64,000 bases of DNA. Source: an uncultured Spirochaetota bacterium. GTDB lineage: Bacteria; Spirochaetota; Spirochaetia; SZUA-6; Fen-1364. Below, in pieces: positions 19,517-29,818 of this stretch. The position numbers and the translations under genes were made by a program. The DNA is taken from the NCBI GenBank assembly GCA_963781885.1, contig CAWAHW010000005.1, forward strand, positions 64,001 to 128,000, written 5' to 3'. The notes beneath the pieces were generated by a model that saw nothing but the letters and a program-made list of their open reading frames with translations, was not told the origin of the DNA and ran no database searches. Within the stretch, counting starts at the first letter, position 1, and each line of letters opens with the position of its first letter.

Positions 19517-20845
19517 ATGTCGATATGGTGGGTAGCGCCTATGTTCACAGTTCTCCAGCGTCAGCACGTCGCAAAACGCGTCACCCCGCCCGTTCACCTC
19601 CGGGCGAACCCCGTCGGGGTCCGTTGGAGCAACAGGGAGCTTGGTGGGCAGCGTCAGGTGCCGGTGGCACGACCGGCGGCAACCCCGCAGCACCGTCGCG
19701 GAAAAGAACCGCCGAAAAAGCGGCGAATCCGCGAGGATAAGGGTCCGCGTTTCCTCCAACGGCAGCTCATTCTCGGCAGACGCCGCAGGGCCGTCCGCGC
19801 GCTGCGGTCGCATGTCGTCGAAAGCGCCCGCGCCTCCGCGCTGCGGCAGAATGCGCCCCGCACGGCGGCGGCGCTGAAATCCCGCCGCGCGTTTCCCCGG
19901 GCGCTGGGGCGGATTCTCCGCAGCCCGTGGCTTTTCATCGGGATCGCGGCGGCGGGTCTTGTCGTCACGCTGGCTCTGACGGGAAGCCTCACGGGGCTCG
20001 TGACCGCGCCGTCGCGACCCGAGCTTCCCGCGCCCGCGGATGTGGATCCTGCGCTCTACAGCCTCCTGGTGCCCGAGCCGGCGGCGCGTCCGTCCGGCGG
20101 GGTCAGCCCGGTCCTCCTCACGAGCCTCAAGGTGACCTCGTACAAGATCCAGGCCGGCGACAGCCTGTCCAAGGTCGCGGCGCGCTTCAAGCTGAACGTC
20201 GATACGCTGGTGAGCTTCAACGACATCACCGACGCGCGCGCCGTGGGCACCGGCTCGACACTCGACGTCCCGAACTCCGACGGCCTGAAGTACACGGTCC
20301 GGCGGGGAGATACGTTGCAGGGCATCGCGCGAAACGCGGGTGTGGACTTCAATGGGGTGCTGGACTGGAACGGCCTTTCCAGCTCCGTGATCCGCGCGGG
20401 ACAGCAGCTCTTCCTGCCGGGCGCGCGCATGAACCCGACCGACCTGAGCCGCGTCCTCGGCACCTTGTTCCGCTACCCCGTGTTCGGACCGCTCACCTCC
20501 TTCTTCGGCTTTCGCCCCGATCCGTTCACCGGCGTCCGCAGCTTCCACAACGGGATCGACATCGGCAGCAAGCCGGGCATCGCGATCCTCGCCTCCATGG
20601 CGGGCACCGTGGCCGAGGTGGGATTCAATCGCAACTTCGGCAATTATGTCATCATCAAGCACAATGGAGGCTACCAGACGCTCTACGGTCACATGACCCG
20701 CTATATCGTCGATCATGGGCAGAAAGTGGAGCAGGGGCAGAAGATCGGGGAGGTCGGGAGCACGGGATACAGCACCGGACCGCACGTGCATTTCTCGATA
20801 TTCAAGAACGGAGAGGCTGTTGACCCGCTTCACTTCCTGAAATAG
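19517..20845 (+). CDS. LysM + M23 metallopeptidase (start uncertain)
   Basis: TM segment, two LysM repeats (YKIQAGDSL, YTVRRGDTL), HNGID and GPHVHF zinc motifs. Confidence 0.92.
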   Translation: MSIWWVAPMFTVLQRQHVAKRVTPPVHLRANPVGVRWSNRELGGQRQVPVARPAATPQHRRGKEPPKKRRIREDKGPRFLQRQLILGRRRRAVRALRSHVVESARASALRQNAPRTAAALKSRRAFPRALGRILRSPWLFIGIAAAGLVVTLALTGSLTGLVTAPSRPELPAPADVDPALYSLLVPEPAARPSGGVSPVLLTSLKVTSYKIQAGDSLSKVAARFKLNVDTLVSFNDITDARAVGTGSTLDVPNSDGLKYTVRRGDTLQGIARNAGVDFNGVLDWNGLSSSVIRAGQQLFLPGARMNPTDLSRVLGTLFRYPVFGPLTSFFGFRPDPFTGVRSFHNGIDIGSKPGIAILASMAGTVAEVGFNRNFGNYVIIKHNGGYQTLYGHMTRYIVDHGQKVEQGQKIGEVGSTGYSTGPHVHFSIFKNGEAVDPLHFLK

Positions 20846-20846
20846 A

Positions 20847-21875
20847 GTGGTGACGATTATGACCCACAGGGAGCGCCTGATAGAACTGCTGCGTTTGCGT
20901 CTGCTCGTGCCGCTCCGGGGCATCCGTCGCCACGTGATGTCCGCGCTGGCGCTGGTGTTCGTCGCGGCCGTCGTCGTGCTCGCGCTTGACGCGCGTCTTC
21001 CTTTTCCCCGGCCCGGTGAACGGATCCTCTACGACCCCACGGACTGGTCTCTCCTCCTGCCCGGTCACGGTCGGGCCGCGGTGGAACCGCGGCGGTCTCC
21101 CTACGGGGAAGGCGACATCGGCGGCGGCTCCACGACGCAGGCACCGCTTGCCATCCTGCTCTACCGGGCAAAACCGGGCGACACGATCAGCAGCGTCGCG
21201 ACGAAGGTCGGCCTCTCGATGGACACCGTTTCCTCCATGAACCGCGTGCAGGGTCGGGGTGTGCACAACGTGCGCGTGGGCGAGCTCCTGAAGATACCCA
21301 CCGAGGACGGCATCTTTCTTGCCCTCACGGGCGATTTCGACGCCCTGTGCACCGCGCGGAAGGTGGCGCCGGAGGACGTGCTCGCGGCGAACAACGTCAC
21401 CCGTGACGAGCTCACGCAGGGCATGCTTCTTTTCTTTCCCGGCGTCCAGCATACCGGCTTCGAGCTCGCGCTTGCCAACGGCGTCGGGGTCGCGCTCCCG
21501 ATACACGGCTACGAATCCTCGCCGTTCGGCCGTCGACCGGATCCTTTTACGGGACAGCCCAGCCGGCATTCGGGTGTCGACATCGCCGCGCCGGAGGGCT
21601 CGCAGATCAGGTCGGGCACGGACGGCAGGGTCATCGCGGCCCAGTACGATGCCACGCTGGGCAACTACGTGCAGGTCCAGGGTCAGGTGGGCTTCAGCTA
21701 CATCTACGGGCATATGAGCCAGATCCTTACGCACGTCGGCGCCATCGTCTCCACCGGCCAGGTGATAGGCTTGATCGGCCATACCGGTTATGCGACGGGC
21801 CCCCACCTCCACTTCGAGATCCGTAAAAACGGCGTTCCGATCAACCCGAATAATTATCTGCCCGGCATCCGATAA
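20847..21875 (+). CDS. LysM + M23 metallopeptidase
   Basis: YRAKPGDTI LysM, HSGVD and GPHLHF zinc motifs. Confidence 0.92.
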   Translation: MVTIMTHRERLIELLRLRLLVPLRGIRRHVMSALALVFVAAVVVLALDARLPFPRPGERILYDPTDWSLLLPGHGRAAVEPRRSPYGEGDIGGGSTTQAPLAILLYRAKPGDTISSVATKVGLSMDTVSSMNRVQGRGVHNVRVGELLKIPTEDGIFLALTGDFDALCTARKVAPEDVLAANNVTRDELTQGMLLFFPGVQHTGFELALANGVGVALPIHGYESSPFGRRPDPFTGQPSRHSGVDIAAPEGSQIRSGTDGRVIAAQYDATLGNYVQVQGQVGFSYIYGHMSQILTHVGAIVSTGQVIGLIGHTGYATGPHLHFEIRKNGVPINPNNYLPGIR

Positions 21876-21894
21876 TTCCAGCGGGGGGACCTCA

Positions 21895-22977
21895 ATGAGA
21901 CGGCTCGTTATCACCATCCTCGCTCTGCTTGCGCTTTTCTCCGTCCTCCGGGCATACACGGAAAGCCCTCCGGGCGTGCAGCTCCATCCGGGGGTGATCG
22001 AGATCGGCGACGGCTCGTCGAGCGTCGGCGTCGAGTTCGGCGTCATGGAAAAGTCCGGGCAGGGCCTCTGGAACCTGTTGCCCCTCCGTGTCGTCTACCG
22101 GGACGGCGCAAACAGCGTCACCCTCGGTTTGAACGGCCTGTCGTTCCTCCTGCGCGGCGGCGCGAGCGTCGGTCGGACGGTCGCGGTGAACTCCCCGGTG
22201 AGCTCCGACGTGATCAGCATCGGCGGGAAGGTGACCGTCAACGCGCGGGTCGACGGTGACGTCTGGACGCTCGGTGCCGACGTCGAGCTGGGTCCGAAGG
22301 CCGAGGTGACGGGGAATATCGTCGCGCTGGGCGGCAAGGTCAGGGCAGCGGCAGGGGCCGTCGTCCATGGCACCGTGAACCAGGTGCCCGAGCTGAAGAT
22401 CCCCTTTCTCGGATTTCTCGGCACCCAGTTCTCCGTCCAGGTCCTGAGCCTCGGTCGGCAGCTCCTGGGTTATCTCCTGCTGGGCTTCGCGCTGCTCCTG
22501 GTGAGCTTCTACCGCACACGCCGCGCCCAGGGCCTGTACGCATCGTTTGGGGCCACCTGGCGGGAGTCCGTGGTGACCATGGCGGTCGCCCTCGTCGTCG
22601 TGCCGATCGTCGCCGTGCTTCTGGTCATGTCGGTCGTCGGCATCTTCTTCCTGCCCGTCCTGGTGTTTGCGCTCGTCCTTTTCGGCCTGGAGGGCTTCCT
22701 GCTCCTCTGCGCGCGTCTGGGCGGCACGCTGCGCAGGATGCCGACCGACGGGGCGGGGGGCGAACCACTCACGCTTCTCACGTCCGGGCTGCTCGGTCTT
22801 TTCATCGTGAAGGTGCCTGCGTTCCTGGGGATATTCCTCACGCTCGTGAATGCGGGCGCCGCGAATGTGCTCGGCCAGATCCTTCAGCTCATCACTCTCG
22901 CGGCGGTCGCCGCGGGCATGCTCTATGGATTCGGCGCCTCGATGGCATTTGCCCGGGGGAAAAAGGCGGCTGCGTAG
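21895..22977 (+). CDS. Membrane protein with a bactofilin-like (polymer-forming) beta-helix repeat domain
   Basis: Signal peptide; DVISIGGKVTVNARVDGDVWTLGADVELGPKAEVTGNIVALGG repeats; multi-TM C-terminal half. Confidence 0.7.
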   Translation: MRRLVITILALLALFSVLRAYTESPPGVQLHPGVIEIGDGSSSVGVEFGVMEKSGQGLWNLLPLRVVYRDGANSVTLGLNGLSFLLRGGASVGRTVAVNSPVSSDVISIGGKVTVNARVDGDVWTLGADVELGPKAEVTGNIVALGGKVRAAAGAVVHGTVNQVPELKIPFLGFLGTQFSVQVLSLGRQLLGYLLLGFALLLVSFYRTRRAQGLYASFGATWRESVVTMAVALVVVPIVAVLLVMSVVGIFFLPVLVFALVLFGLEGFLLLCARLGGTLRRMPTDGAGGEPLTLLTSGLLGLFIVKVPAFLGIFLTLVNAGAANVLGQILQLITLAAVAAGMLYGFGASMAFARGKKAAA

Positions 22978-22984
22978 CACGGAC

Positions 22985-23177
22985 GCAGCCCTGGGGCCCA
23001 TTCGCACGGAGTACAAAGATTTCCCCAAGGCAACCCGGCATGGCACGTTAGCTCAATCTGCGTTGCCTTGGGGCCCCAACGCACCGTGTACGGTGGAGAG
23101 CCTACCCCAAGGCAACCCGGCAATGCACGTTGGCTGAATCTGCGTTGCCTTGGGGCCCTACGCACCGTGTACGGTGC
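22985..23177. repeat. Tandem palindromic intergenic repeat (82-bp period, two full units plus a degenerate partial unit)
   Basis: CCCCAAGGCAAC-N27-GTTGCCTTGGGG followed by CACCGT-GT-ACGGTG, starting at 23023 and 23105. Confidence 0.92.
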
Positions 23178-23179
23178 TG

Positions 23180-25960
23180 CTATTGCCCGTGGCAATACTT
23201 GTATTTCTTACCCGATCCGCACGGGCAAAGATCGTTCCGCCCCACCTTGGGGACCGTCCGCTTCACCTGCACCTGCTGCGGCTGAGAGCCGCCGCCGTTC
23301 CCGCCGAATGCCGCCGGTGAGGCCTTGGCGCTCACGGCGGTCGTCCCCGAGCTTCCCCCCGCGGTGAACTGCCCCATCGCGCTGTGCGACGCCTGGAGGC
23401 CCGCGGCAGGCCGCGCGCCGGCGGCCGCCTTCTCAGGTGCCTGCTGAATGCGGACACGGAAGATCTTTCGCGCGATCACGGTCTTTATCTCGTAGAGCAT
23501 GTCGTCGAATATCTGGAAACCTTCCAGCTTGTATTCCAGAAGGGGGTTCTTCTGGCTGTAGGCGCGCAGGTACACGGCCTCCCGCAGCGCTTCGAGGTTC
23601 TCCAGGTGATCCTGCCACCGCGAATCGATGTTGCGCAGGTACTCGAACTGGATGAACCTGTTCAACACGTCCTCGCCGATTTCCGCCGCCTTCTCGTCGA
23701 TGCTCTGCCGGAGCTGCTGGAGGATGACGCGGTTGAGGTCCTCCAGGGACATGGCGGATAGCTCCGCCGCGCTCTGCGGAGGCTCGTAGAAGAGCGTCTC
23801 ATTCATCTCCGCCAGGAGCGCGGCGACGCGCGTTTTCGGATTCTCACCCGAGCCGCGATACCGGGCGAACATTTCCCCGAAGAGCTCTTCGCCCGTCGCG
23901 ATGACCCTGTCCTTGAGGTGGGGGTCCGAGATGATCTCGTCGCGCCGGGCGTAGATGAACTTGCGCTGCTCGTTGAGCACGTCGTCGTATTCCAGAAGGT
24001 GCTTGCGCACCTCGAAGTTGCGCTCCTCCACCTTTTTTTGCGCGCGCTCGATGGAGCGGTTCAGCCAGGGATGCACGATGGGCTCGCCCTTCTTCATGCC
24101 CATGCGCGTCATCAGTCCCTTGATGTTCTCCCCGCCGAACAGCCGCATGAGGTCGTCGTCCAGGGAAATGTAGAAACGGGACGACCCGGGGTCGCCCTGC
24201 CGGCCCGAGCGCCCGCGGAGCTGGTTGTCGATGCGGCGCGCCTCGTGGCGCTCCGTGCCCAGGACGTGGAGCCCGCCGATGGATTTCACGTCGACGTAGT
24301 CGGCCTGCCATTTGCCGTACTCTTCGGAAAGGGCCTTCCTGTACTCTTCGTCAGAGGCCTGCGTGCCGGCCTTCTTGCGCGCGCGGAACTCCGGGTTTCC
24401 GCCCAGCTTGATGTCGGTTCCGCGGCCCGCCATGTTCGTGGCGATGGTGACCGATCCGCGCGCGCCCGCGTCGGCGATGATCATTGCTTCGCGCGCGTGA
24501 TTCTTCGCGTTGAGGACCTCGTGCCGGATGCCTCGTCCGACCAGGAGACGGGAAAGCTTCTCCGACTTCTCTATGGAGATCGTGCCGACCAGCACCGGCT
24601 GCCCCTTGGTGTGCAGGTCCGCGATTGCCGCGCAAATGGCGTCCAGCTTCTCCTCTTCCGTGAGATAGATCTCGTCATCCGTGTCGTCGCGGACCACCGG
24701 CCGGTTGGTGGGGATGACCACCACGTCGAGGTTGTAGATCTTGCCGAACTCCTGGGCTTCCGTGTCGGCGGTTCCCGTCATGCCGGCGAGCTTGCCGTAC
24801 ATGCGGAAATAGTTCTGGAACGTGATCGTGGCCAGGGTGCGGTTCCTCTGCGCGATCTTGATGCGCTCTTTCGCCTCGATGGCCTGGTGGAGACCTTCGG
24901 AGTAGCGCCTGCCGTAGAGGATGCGTCCCGTGAACTCATCCACGATCTGCACCTTGCCGTCCTGCACGACGTAGTCGACGTCCTTCGCGTAGAGCTTGTG
25001 GGCGCGGAGGGCCTGGGTGAAGTAATGGATGAACTCGAAGTTCTCATCCACGAACAGGGAGTCCTTGATGAGGCCGCGGCGCTGGAGGAGCGCCTCGATA
25101 TGGTTCATGCCCTGGTCGGTGAAGGTGACGCGCTTGTTCTTCTCCTCCAGCTTGAAGTCTCCCGGCGGCTGGACGTCGCCCTCGGGGTAGCGTTCCGTCG
25201 CCGGGTCTTTCTCGCATTCCACCAGCTGGTCGACGAGCTTGTTCACCTCCGCGAACTTGAAGGTGTCGTCCTCCGCCATGCCGGAGATGATGAGGGGCGT
25301 GCGCGCTTCGTCGATGAGGATGTTGTCGATCTCATCCACGATGGCGTACGCGTGGCCGCGCTGCACCTTCTCCGAAGGGCTCCAGCACATGTTGTCGCGC
25401 AGGTAGTCGAATCCGAACTCGTTGTTGGTCCCGTAGGTGATGTCGCGGCTGTAGGATTCCTTGCGCTGGGCGTTGTCCATCTGGCTGAGGATGACCCCGA
25501 CGCTCACCCCCAGAAGGCCGAATATGGGACCCATCCAGCCGGCGTCGCGCTCGGCGAGGTAGTCGTTCACCGTGATGACGTGCACGCCCTTGCCCGTGAG
25601 GCTGTTCAGGTACGCCGCCGGCACGCTCGCAAGGGTCTTGCCTTCGCCGGTCTTCATCTCGGTGATGCGTCCCTTGTGGAGAACCACGGCGCCCATGAGC
25701 TGCACGTCGAAGATGCGCTCGCCGAGCTTGCGACGCGCGGCCTCGCGGACCGCGGCATACGCCTCGGGCAGAAGGGAATCGAGGGATTCGCCCTTCGCGA
25801 TGCGCTCCTTGAACTGCTCCGTCGCAGCCCGGAACTGCTCATCCGTCCAGCCCATCACCTCGGGTTCGAGGGCGTTGATCTTCTGCACGACGGGAACCAG
25901 TTCCTTCAGGTCCCGCTCGTGCTTGGAGCCCAGGAAGAAGGTGAGGATGTTCTCGAGCAT
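23180..25960 (-). CDS. secA: Preprotein translocase ATPase SecA
   Basis: [41 protein letters not shown]-terminal [14 protein letters not shown]; start [13 protein letters not shown]. Confidence 0.98.
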   Translation of the reverse strand: MLENILTFFLGSKHERDLKELVPVVQKINALEPEVMGWTDEQFRAATEQFKERIAKGESLDSLLPEAYAAVREAARRKLGERIFDVQLMGAVVLHKGRITEMKTGEGKTLASVPAAYLNSLTGKGVHVITVNDYLAERDAGWMGPIFGLLGVSVGVILSQMDNAQRKESYSRDITYGTNNEFGFDYLRDNMCWSPSEKVQRGHAYAIVDEIDNILIDEARTPLIISGMAEDDTFKFAEVNKLVDQLVECEKDPATERYPEGDVQPPGDFKLEEKNKRVTFTDQGMNHIEALLQRRGLIKDSLFVDENFEFIHYFTQALRAHKLYAKDVDYVVQDGKVQIVDEFTGRILYGRRYSEGLHQAIEAKERIKIAQRNRTLATITFQNYFRMYGKLAGMTGTADTEAQEFGKIYNLDVVVIPTNRPVVRDDTDDEIYLTEEEKLDAICAAIADLHTKGQPVLVGTISIEKSEKLSRLLVGRGIRHEVLNAKNHAREAMIIADAGARGSVTIATNMAGRGTDIKLGGNPEFRARKKAGTQASDEEYRKALSEEYGKWQADYVDVKSIGGLHVLGTERHEARRIDNQLRGRSGRQGDPGSSRFYISLDDDLMRLFGGENIKGLMTRMGMKKGEPIVHPWLNRSIERAQKKVEERNFEVRKHLLEYDDVLNEQRKFIYARRDEIISDPHLKDRVIATGEELFGEMFARYRGSGENPKTRVAALLAEMNETLFYEPPQSAAELSAMSLEDLNRVILQQLRQSIDEKAAEIGEDVLNRFIQFEYLRNIDSRWQDHLENLEALREAVYLRAYSQKNPLLEYKLEGFQIFDDMLYEIKTVIARKIFRVRIQQAPEKAAAGARPAAGLQASHSAMGQFTAGGSSGTTAVSAKASPAAFGGNGGGSQPQQVQVKRTVPKVGRNDLCPCGSGKKYKYCHGQ

Positions 25961-25966
25961 GCCGCC

Positions 25967-26013
25967 ATTGTACCTCCCCAGAGATTGACAGGTCAAGGGA
26001 AGGCCGCTACGAT
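25967..26013. promoter_or_regulatory. Back-to-back sigma70 promoters sharing a palindromic -35 block
   Basis: Plus strand TTGACA-N17-TACGAT; minus strand TTGACC-N18-TACAAT; shared TTGACAGGTCAA. Confidence 0.7.
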
Positions 26014-26022
26014 GAGGCGCCG

Positions 26023-27262
26023 ATGACGCACCATTCCCGCAGAATGCCCGGCTCTCCTCCTTGCCGCGGCATGCCTTTCGGCCCTCGCGCTCGCCGCGTG
26101 CCAGAGAAAAGGCATCGAGGAGCTGGTGAGCACGGAGCTGTATTCCCTCTCCCTGGGCAAGCTCGAGGACCAGATCGACCTTTTCCAGTTCGAGGACGCC
26201 ATGAGCACGCGCATGAACAGCATCTTCATGCGCGACGGCTGGTTCTACGTCGCCAACGGCAGCTCGGGCAAAATCATGGTCTTCTCCTCCTATGGCGACC
26301 TGATCTACCTGCTCTACAACCCGCAGACCAATCCCGCGCCGACCCTCCTGGGTCCCGTGGACCAGAACACCCCGGATACCGTCACGACGCGCGGCGCGGT
26401 CGCCTATCCCTTCACCGACATCGGGCGCATCGCGGTGGCGAGCGACAGAACGCTCTACGTGGAGGACGCGGCGGCCGATGCGATGACCGTGAAGGACAAC
26501 GATCAGGGAATCGTGCGCAGCAGGGTCATCCTCCGGTTCGACCGCAAGGGCAAGGTGCTTCCCGCCCTCGGGGAGGAGGGAATCGGCGGCGCGCCGTTCC
26601 CCTACATCTCGGCGCTGCACGTGACGGCGTCGGACCAGCTCGTCGTCGTCTGTCGGCTTCCCACCCGATGGCAGGTCTTCTGGTACTCGCGCGACGGCGC
26701 GCCGCTGTATCGCGTGGACATCGGGAGCGGGAACCTGCCGGTGAAGCCGAAGGCCGGGCAGACGCCGGTCCTCATCGACATCGTCCCGGACCTGCAGAGC
26801 CCGCTGCTCTACCTCATCATCGATTCGTACGCGGACGTCGCGGATCCTGCCACCGGGGCATCCGGCCCCGCGGATGCCGTCGTCGCGGCCGCCTACAAGC
26901 TCGACCTGCGCACGCAGGCGTACGGTCCGAAGCCCATCGTGTTCCCGCAGAATCCCGAGCATCGCACCCGGGACGGGCTGAAGACCATCCGGATTCCGGC
27001 GCCCCCCAGCGATTTCCTCGGTGTGAGCGCAAGCGGCTCCTTCTATCTCCTTGCCGCGACCGACAACAACCTCTACACGCTGCAGATACTGGACAGGAAC
27101 GGAAGGCTCGTCGTCCAGCGGAGGGTTGTGATCGAGGACTCGGAGCTCGTCTTCCGGGACCTCCACCTCGACTCGACGGGCATCCTCTATGGGCTCATGG
27201 CGGACCGCACGCGCGCCCGCATCGCCCTGTGGAGATCGGACCTCATGTTGAAGGGGCAGTGA
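26023..27262 (+). CDS. Spirochete lipoprotein, beta-propeller-like (LIC_12708-like); apparent frameshift near 26048
   Basis: Lipobox LALAAC is in frame with ORF 26126; [32 protein letters not shown]; divergent from secA. Confidence 0.75.
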
Positions 27263-28771
27263 GTGAAAGTCGTGAGCTCGGATGCAATGGCGCGCATCGA
27301 CAGCCGTTCGCAGGACGAGTTCGCGATCCCCTCGGGCATCCTTATGGAGGATGCGGGGCTTTCCGCGTGGCAGCTCGTTCGCCGACGTCTCTGGCGGGGC
27401 AGGAAGCCCCGCGGGCGTCTGCTCTTCATCGCCGGCAAAGGCAACAACGGGGGCGATGCATTCGTCATGGCGCGCCGCGCAGCCGTGGAAGGTGCAGGGC
27501 CCCTCTCCATCGTGCTCGGCGCAGGCCGTCCGTCCCCGGACTCCGATCCGGGACGCATGCTTGCCGCGTGCGACGGACTGGGCATCGAGCGCCTTGAATG
27601 GCCGGCGGAGCGCGGCCGGATCGAGAGCAGGCTCGCGGAGACCGGCTGGATATTCGACGGCCTGACCGGCACGGGCCTTCGGGGTCCGCTCTCCCCTCCG
27701 CTCGCCAACCTTGTCGCTTTGGTCAACGCTGCTCCCGGGCGTACGATCGCCATCGATGTCCCCAGCGGGATCGGTGAAGGCTTCCGCGAGGGTTTTCCCG
27801 CGGTCCACGCCTCGGCCACGCTCACCATGGGCCTGCCGAAGCTCTGCCTCTATCTTCCGCGGGCGCGCGCCTTCTGCGGCCGGATCCACGTCGTGCATCT
27901 TGGATTTCCCCCTTCGCTCCTCGATGACGCCGGCATCGCGGGGGAAATGCTTTCGCCCCGCGACTACCTTTCCCGTGCGCCCCGGATCCCATCGGATACG
28001 CACAAGGGCCTGCGCGGCCATCTGGCGGTGTTCTCGGGGTCGCGCGGCACCACCGGCGCCGCATGGCTCTGCGCAACGGCCGCCGCGCGCGCGCGCGTGG
28101 GCCTCGTGACGCTTTTCACCGACACCGACGCGTATCCCGTCATTGCGCCGAAGCTCACGTCCGTCATGTGCCGGCCATGGGACCCGCCGTCAACCGACAG
28201 GCTTCCCGCTTGGGACGCGCATCGTTTCAGCGCGGTGCTCGCGGGCCCCGGCTGGGGTCTTGACGAAGGCAAGGCGCGCTGGCTCGATCACCTCCTTTCG
28301 CTGCCCGTGAAGGGTGTGCTGGACGCAGACGCCCTCACGCTGCTGGGCAACCGGACGTCCCGAACCGACCTGGGCGGCCGTTGGGTGCTCACGCCCCATC
28401 CCGGGGAGTTTGCGCGACTCTCGGGCGCGTCGCGGGACGCCGTGCTGGACGACCCGGTGGAGCATGCGCGCAGCGAAAGCCGCAGGCTGAATGCGGTGAT
28501 CGTGCTGAAGGGGCATGCCACGGTCATTGCGGAGCCTCAGGGCCGTTTCTGGATACTCGACGGGGCAAACCCGGCGCTCGCGACAGGGGGCTCGGGAGAC
28601 GTGCTGGCGGGCATCATTGCGGCGGGCGTCGCCGGCGGCATGTCGCCGCTCGACGCGGCCCTTTTCGGCGTGTCGCTGCACGCGCACATCGGCCGAATGG
28701 CCGCCCGGGCACAGGGTTGGTTCCTTGCGGAGGACCTGGTGCCCCTGATATCGCGCGCGTTGTGGCAATGA
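27263..28771 (+). CDS. nnr: Bifunctional NAD(P)H-hydrate epimerase/dehydratase
   Basis: [55 protein letters not shown]. Confidence 0.95.
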   Translation: MKVVSSDAMARIDSRSQDEFAIPSGILMEDAGLSAWQLVRRRLWRGRKPRGRLLFIAGKGNNGGDAFVMARRAAVEGAGPLSIVLGAGRPSPDSDPGRMLAACDGLGIERLEWPAERGRIESRLAETGWIFDGLTGTGLRGPLSPPLANLVALVNAAPGRTIAIDVPSGIGEGFREGFPAVHASATLTMGLPKLCLYLPRARAFCGRIHVVHLGFPPSLLDDAGIAGEMLSPRDYLSRAPRIPSDTHKGLRGHLAVFSGSRGTTGAAWLCATAAARARVGLVTLFTDTDAYPVIAPKLTSVMCRPWDPPSTDRLPAWDAHRFSAVLAGPGWGLDEGKARWLDHLLSLPVKGVLDADALTLLGNRTSRTDLGGRWVLTPHPGEFARLSGASRDAVLDDPVEHARSESRRLNAVIVLKGHATVIAEPQGRFWILDGANPALATGGSGDVLAGIIAAGVAGGMSPLDAALFGVSLHAHIGRMAARAQGWFLAEDLVPLISRALWQ

Positions 28772-29292
28772 AGCATCCCGTCCTGCGCGTGAAAAAGAAC
28801 TCTTTCATCTATGACGACGCGGCGGTGAAGCAGGGGCCGCAGGCCTACCCGGCGTCCACCCGCATCCCCGTGCGGGAACCTCGCAGGACCCGGCCGCGCA
28901 AGCGCCGCCGGGGCCTGACATTCCTGCCGCTCCTGGTCCTGGCCCTCGGGCTGGTCGTGGTGTTTCGTTTCGTTCCCCGATCCCCGGCGGACCGCACGAC
29001 TCTTGTCGGCTGGCAGGTGGTGTTGCGGGCAACCGCCGCGGACGGCAGCCTCATCGTCGGCGTCACGTTCATCGCGGAGCAGGGGACGCTCGTGTCGCCC
29101 CTTGCCACGTCGGAAGCGTCGGTGCAGGTCACGCTGCCCGACACGGGCGACCACCTGACGCTGAGCGGCCTCCTGGAAAAGTCCCCCATGACGCTGCGCG
29201 GGGAGCTGCCCTATGCGCCGCGCATGAAGCAGGTGGAGGCGACGGTGAAGCTTCTGGATTCGTACGCGAGGCTCCGCGCCGTCGTGCGCTGA
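28768..29292 (+). CDS. Hypothetical single-pass membrane protein
   Basis: ATG overlaps nnr stop; basic stretch followed by a TM helix. Confidence 0.7.
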   Translation: MKHPVLRVKKNSFIYDDAAVKQGPQAYPASTRIPVREPRRTRPRKRRRGLTFLPLLVLALGLVVVFRFVPRSPADRTTLVGWQVVLRATAADGSLIVGVTFIAEQGTLVSPLATSEASVQVTLPDTGDHLTLSGLLEKSPMTLRGELPYAPRMKQVEATVKLLDSYARLRAVVR

Positions 29293-29309
29293 GCTTCGCG
29301 CGCGAATGC

Positions 29310-29338
29310 TTGACGTCGCCCGCGCCCTCTCCTATGAT
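29310..29338 (+). promoter_or_regulatory. Sigma70 promoter
   Basis: TTGACG-N17-TATGAT upstream of ATG 29358. Confidence 0.7.
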
Positions 29339-29357
29339 CGAATCGGGGGGGAGGGGG

Positions 29358-29771
29358 ATGTTTCAGTTTTACTTCCTGTCCGTCCTTGCAAATCTCGTCG
29401 GCGGTTTGTCCCTCTGTTCCGAATGGCTCGCGCGCAGGCCGGGTCTTGCGAATCTGTCCGCCGTGCTCACCTCCCGGTACGGGAAAATGACCACGGGGCT
29501 GGCTGCCCTGATTGCGGGCTTTGCAAAGCTTTTCGTGCCCGTCGGCACGCCGATCATCCTGGGCGATCTCTTTCCCGCACTGGTGGGCATGGTCATCGGG
29601 ATCGCGCTACTCTTCGAGGTCTTCAAGCAGGAAGCACTTTTCCCGGCGGAAGGCGGCGATCGGCCTGACGCGCGTGCACGGGGAGCGCTGGGCTACCGGA
29701 CCGCCCTCGGCATCCTGGGCCTCGTCGCTGCCATTCTGCATTTTTTTCTTCCCGAACACCCCTTCATATGA
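29358..29771 (+). CDS. Conserved 4-TM membrane protein
   Basis: MFQFYFLSVLANL...ILGDLFPAL...LHFFLP; SD GGAGG. Confidence 0.85.
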   Translation: MFQFYFLSVLANLVGGLSLCSEWLARRPGLANLSAVLTSRYGKMTTGLAALIAGFAKLFVPVGTPIILGDLFPALVGMVIGIALLFEVFKQEALFPAEGGDRPDARARGALGYRTALGILGLVAAILHFFLPEHPFI

Positions 29772-29801
29772 AAAGGGCTGTCCATCGGACAGCCCCTGTT
29801 G
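29771..29801. terminator. Bidirectional terminator between convergent genes
   Basis: AAAA-GGGCTGTCC-ATC-GGACAGCCC-CTGTT. Confidence 0.75.
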
Positions 29802-29818
29802 TTGCACCGTCGGGGAAG

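Noticed and set aside
19499-19526. Second sigma28 promoter upstream of the M23 genes (TAAT-N16-GTCGATAT)
   Set aside because: Mismatches in both boxes and off-consensus spacing; too weak to call
22985-23177. CRISPR array or attC sites
   Set aside because: Only two full units with near-identical loops and no unique spacers or cas genes; the AAC/GTT triplets enclose just 27 nt with no L boxes, too short for attC
23308-23316. AATGCCGCC core in the secA C-terminal linker as another repeat copy
   Set aside because: Only the 9-mer matches with no flanking similarity, so it may be chance in GC-rich DNA
25961-28021. 1613-aa SecA with a large N-terminal extension
   Set aside because: The extension is the antisense of the lipoprotein and nnr genes; the true start is ATG 25960 next to a promoter
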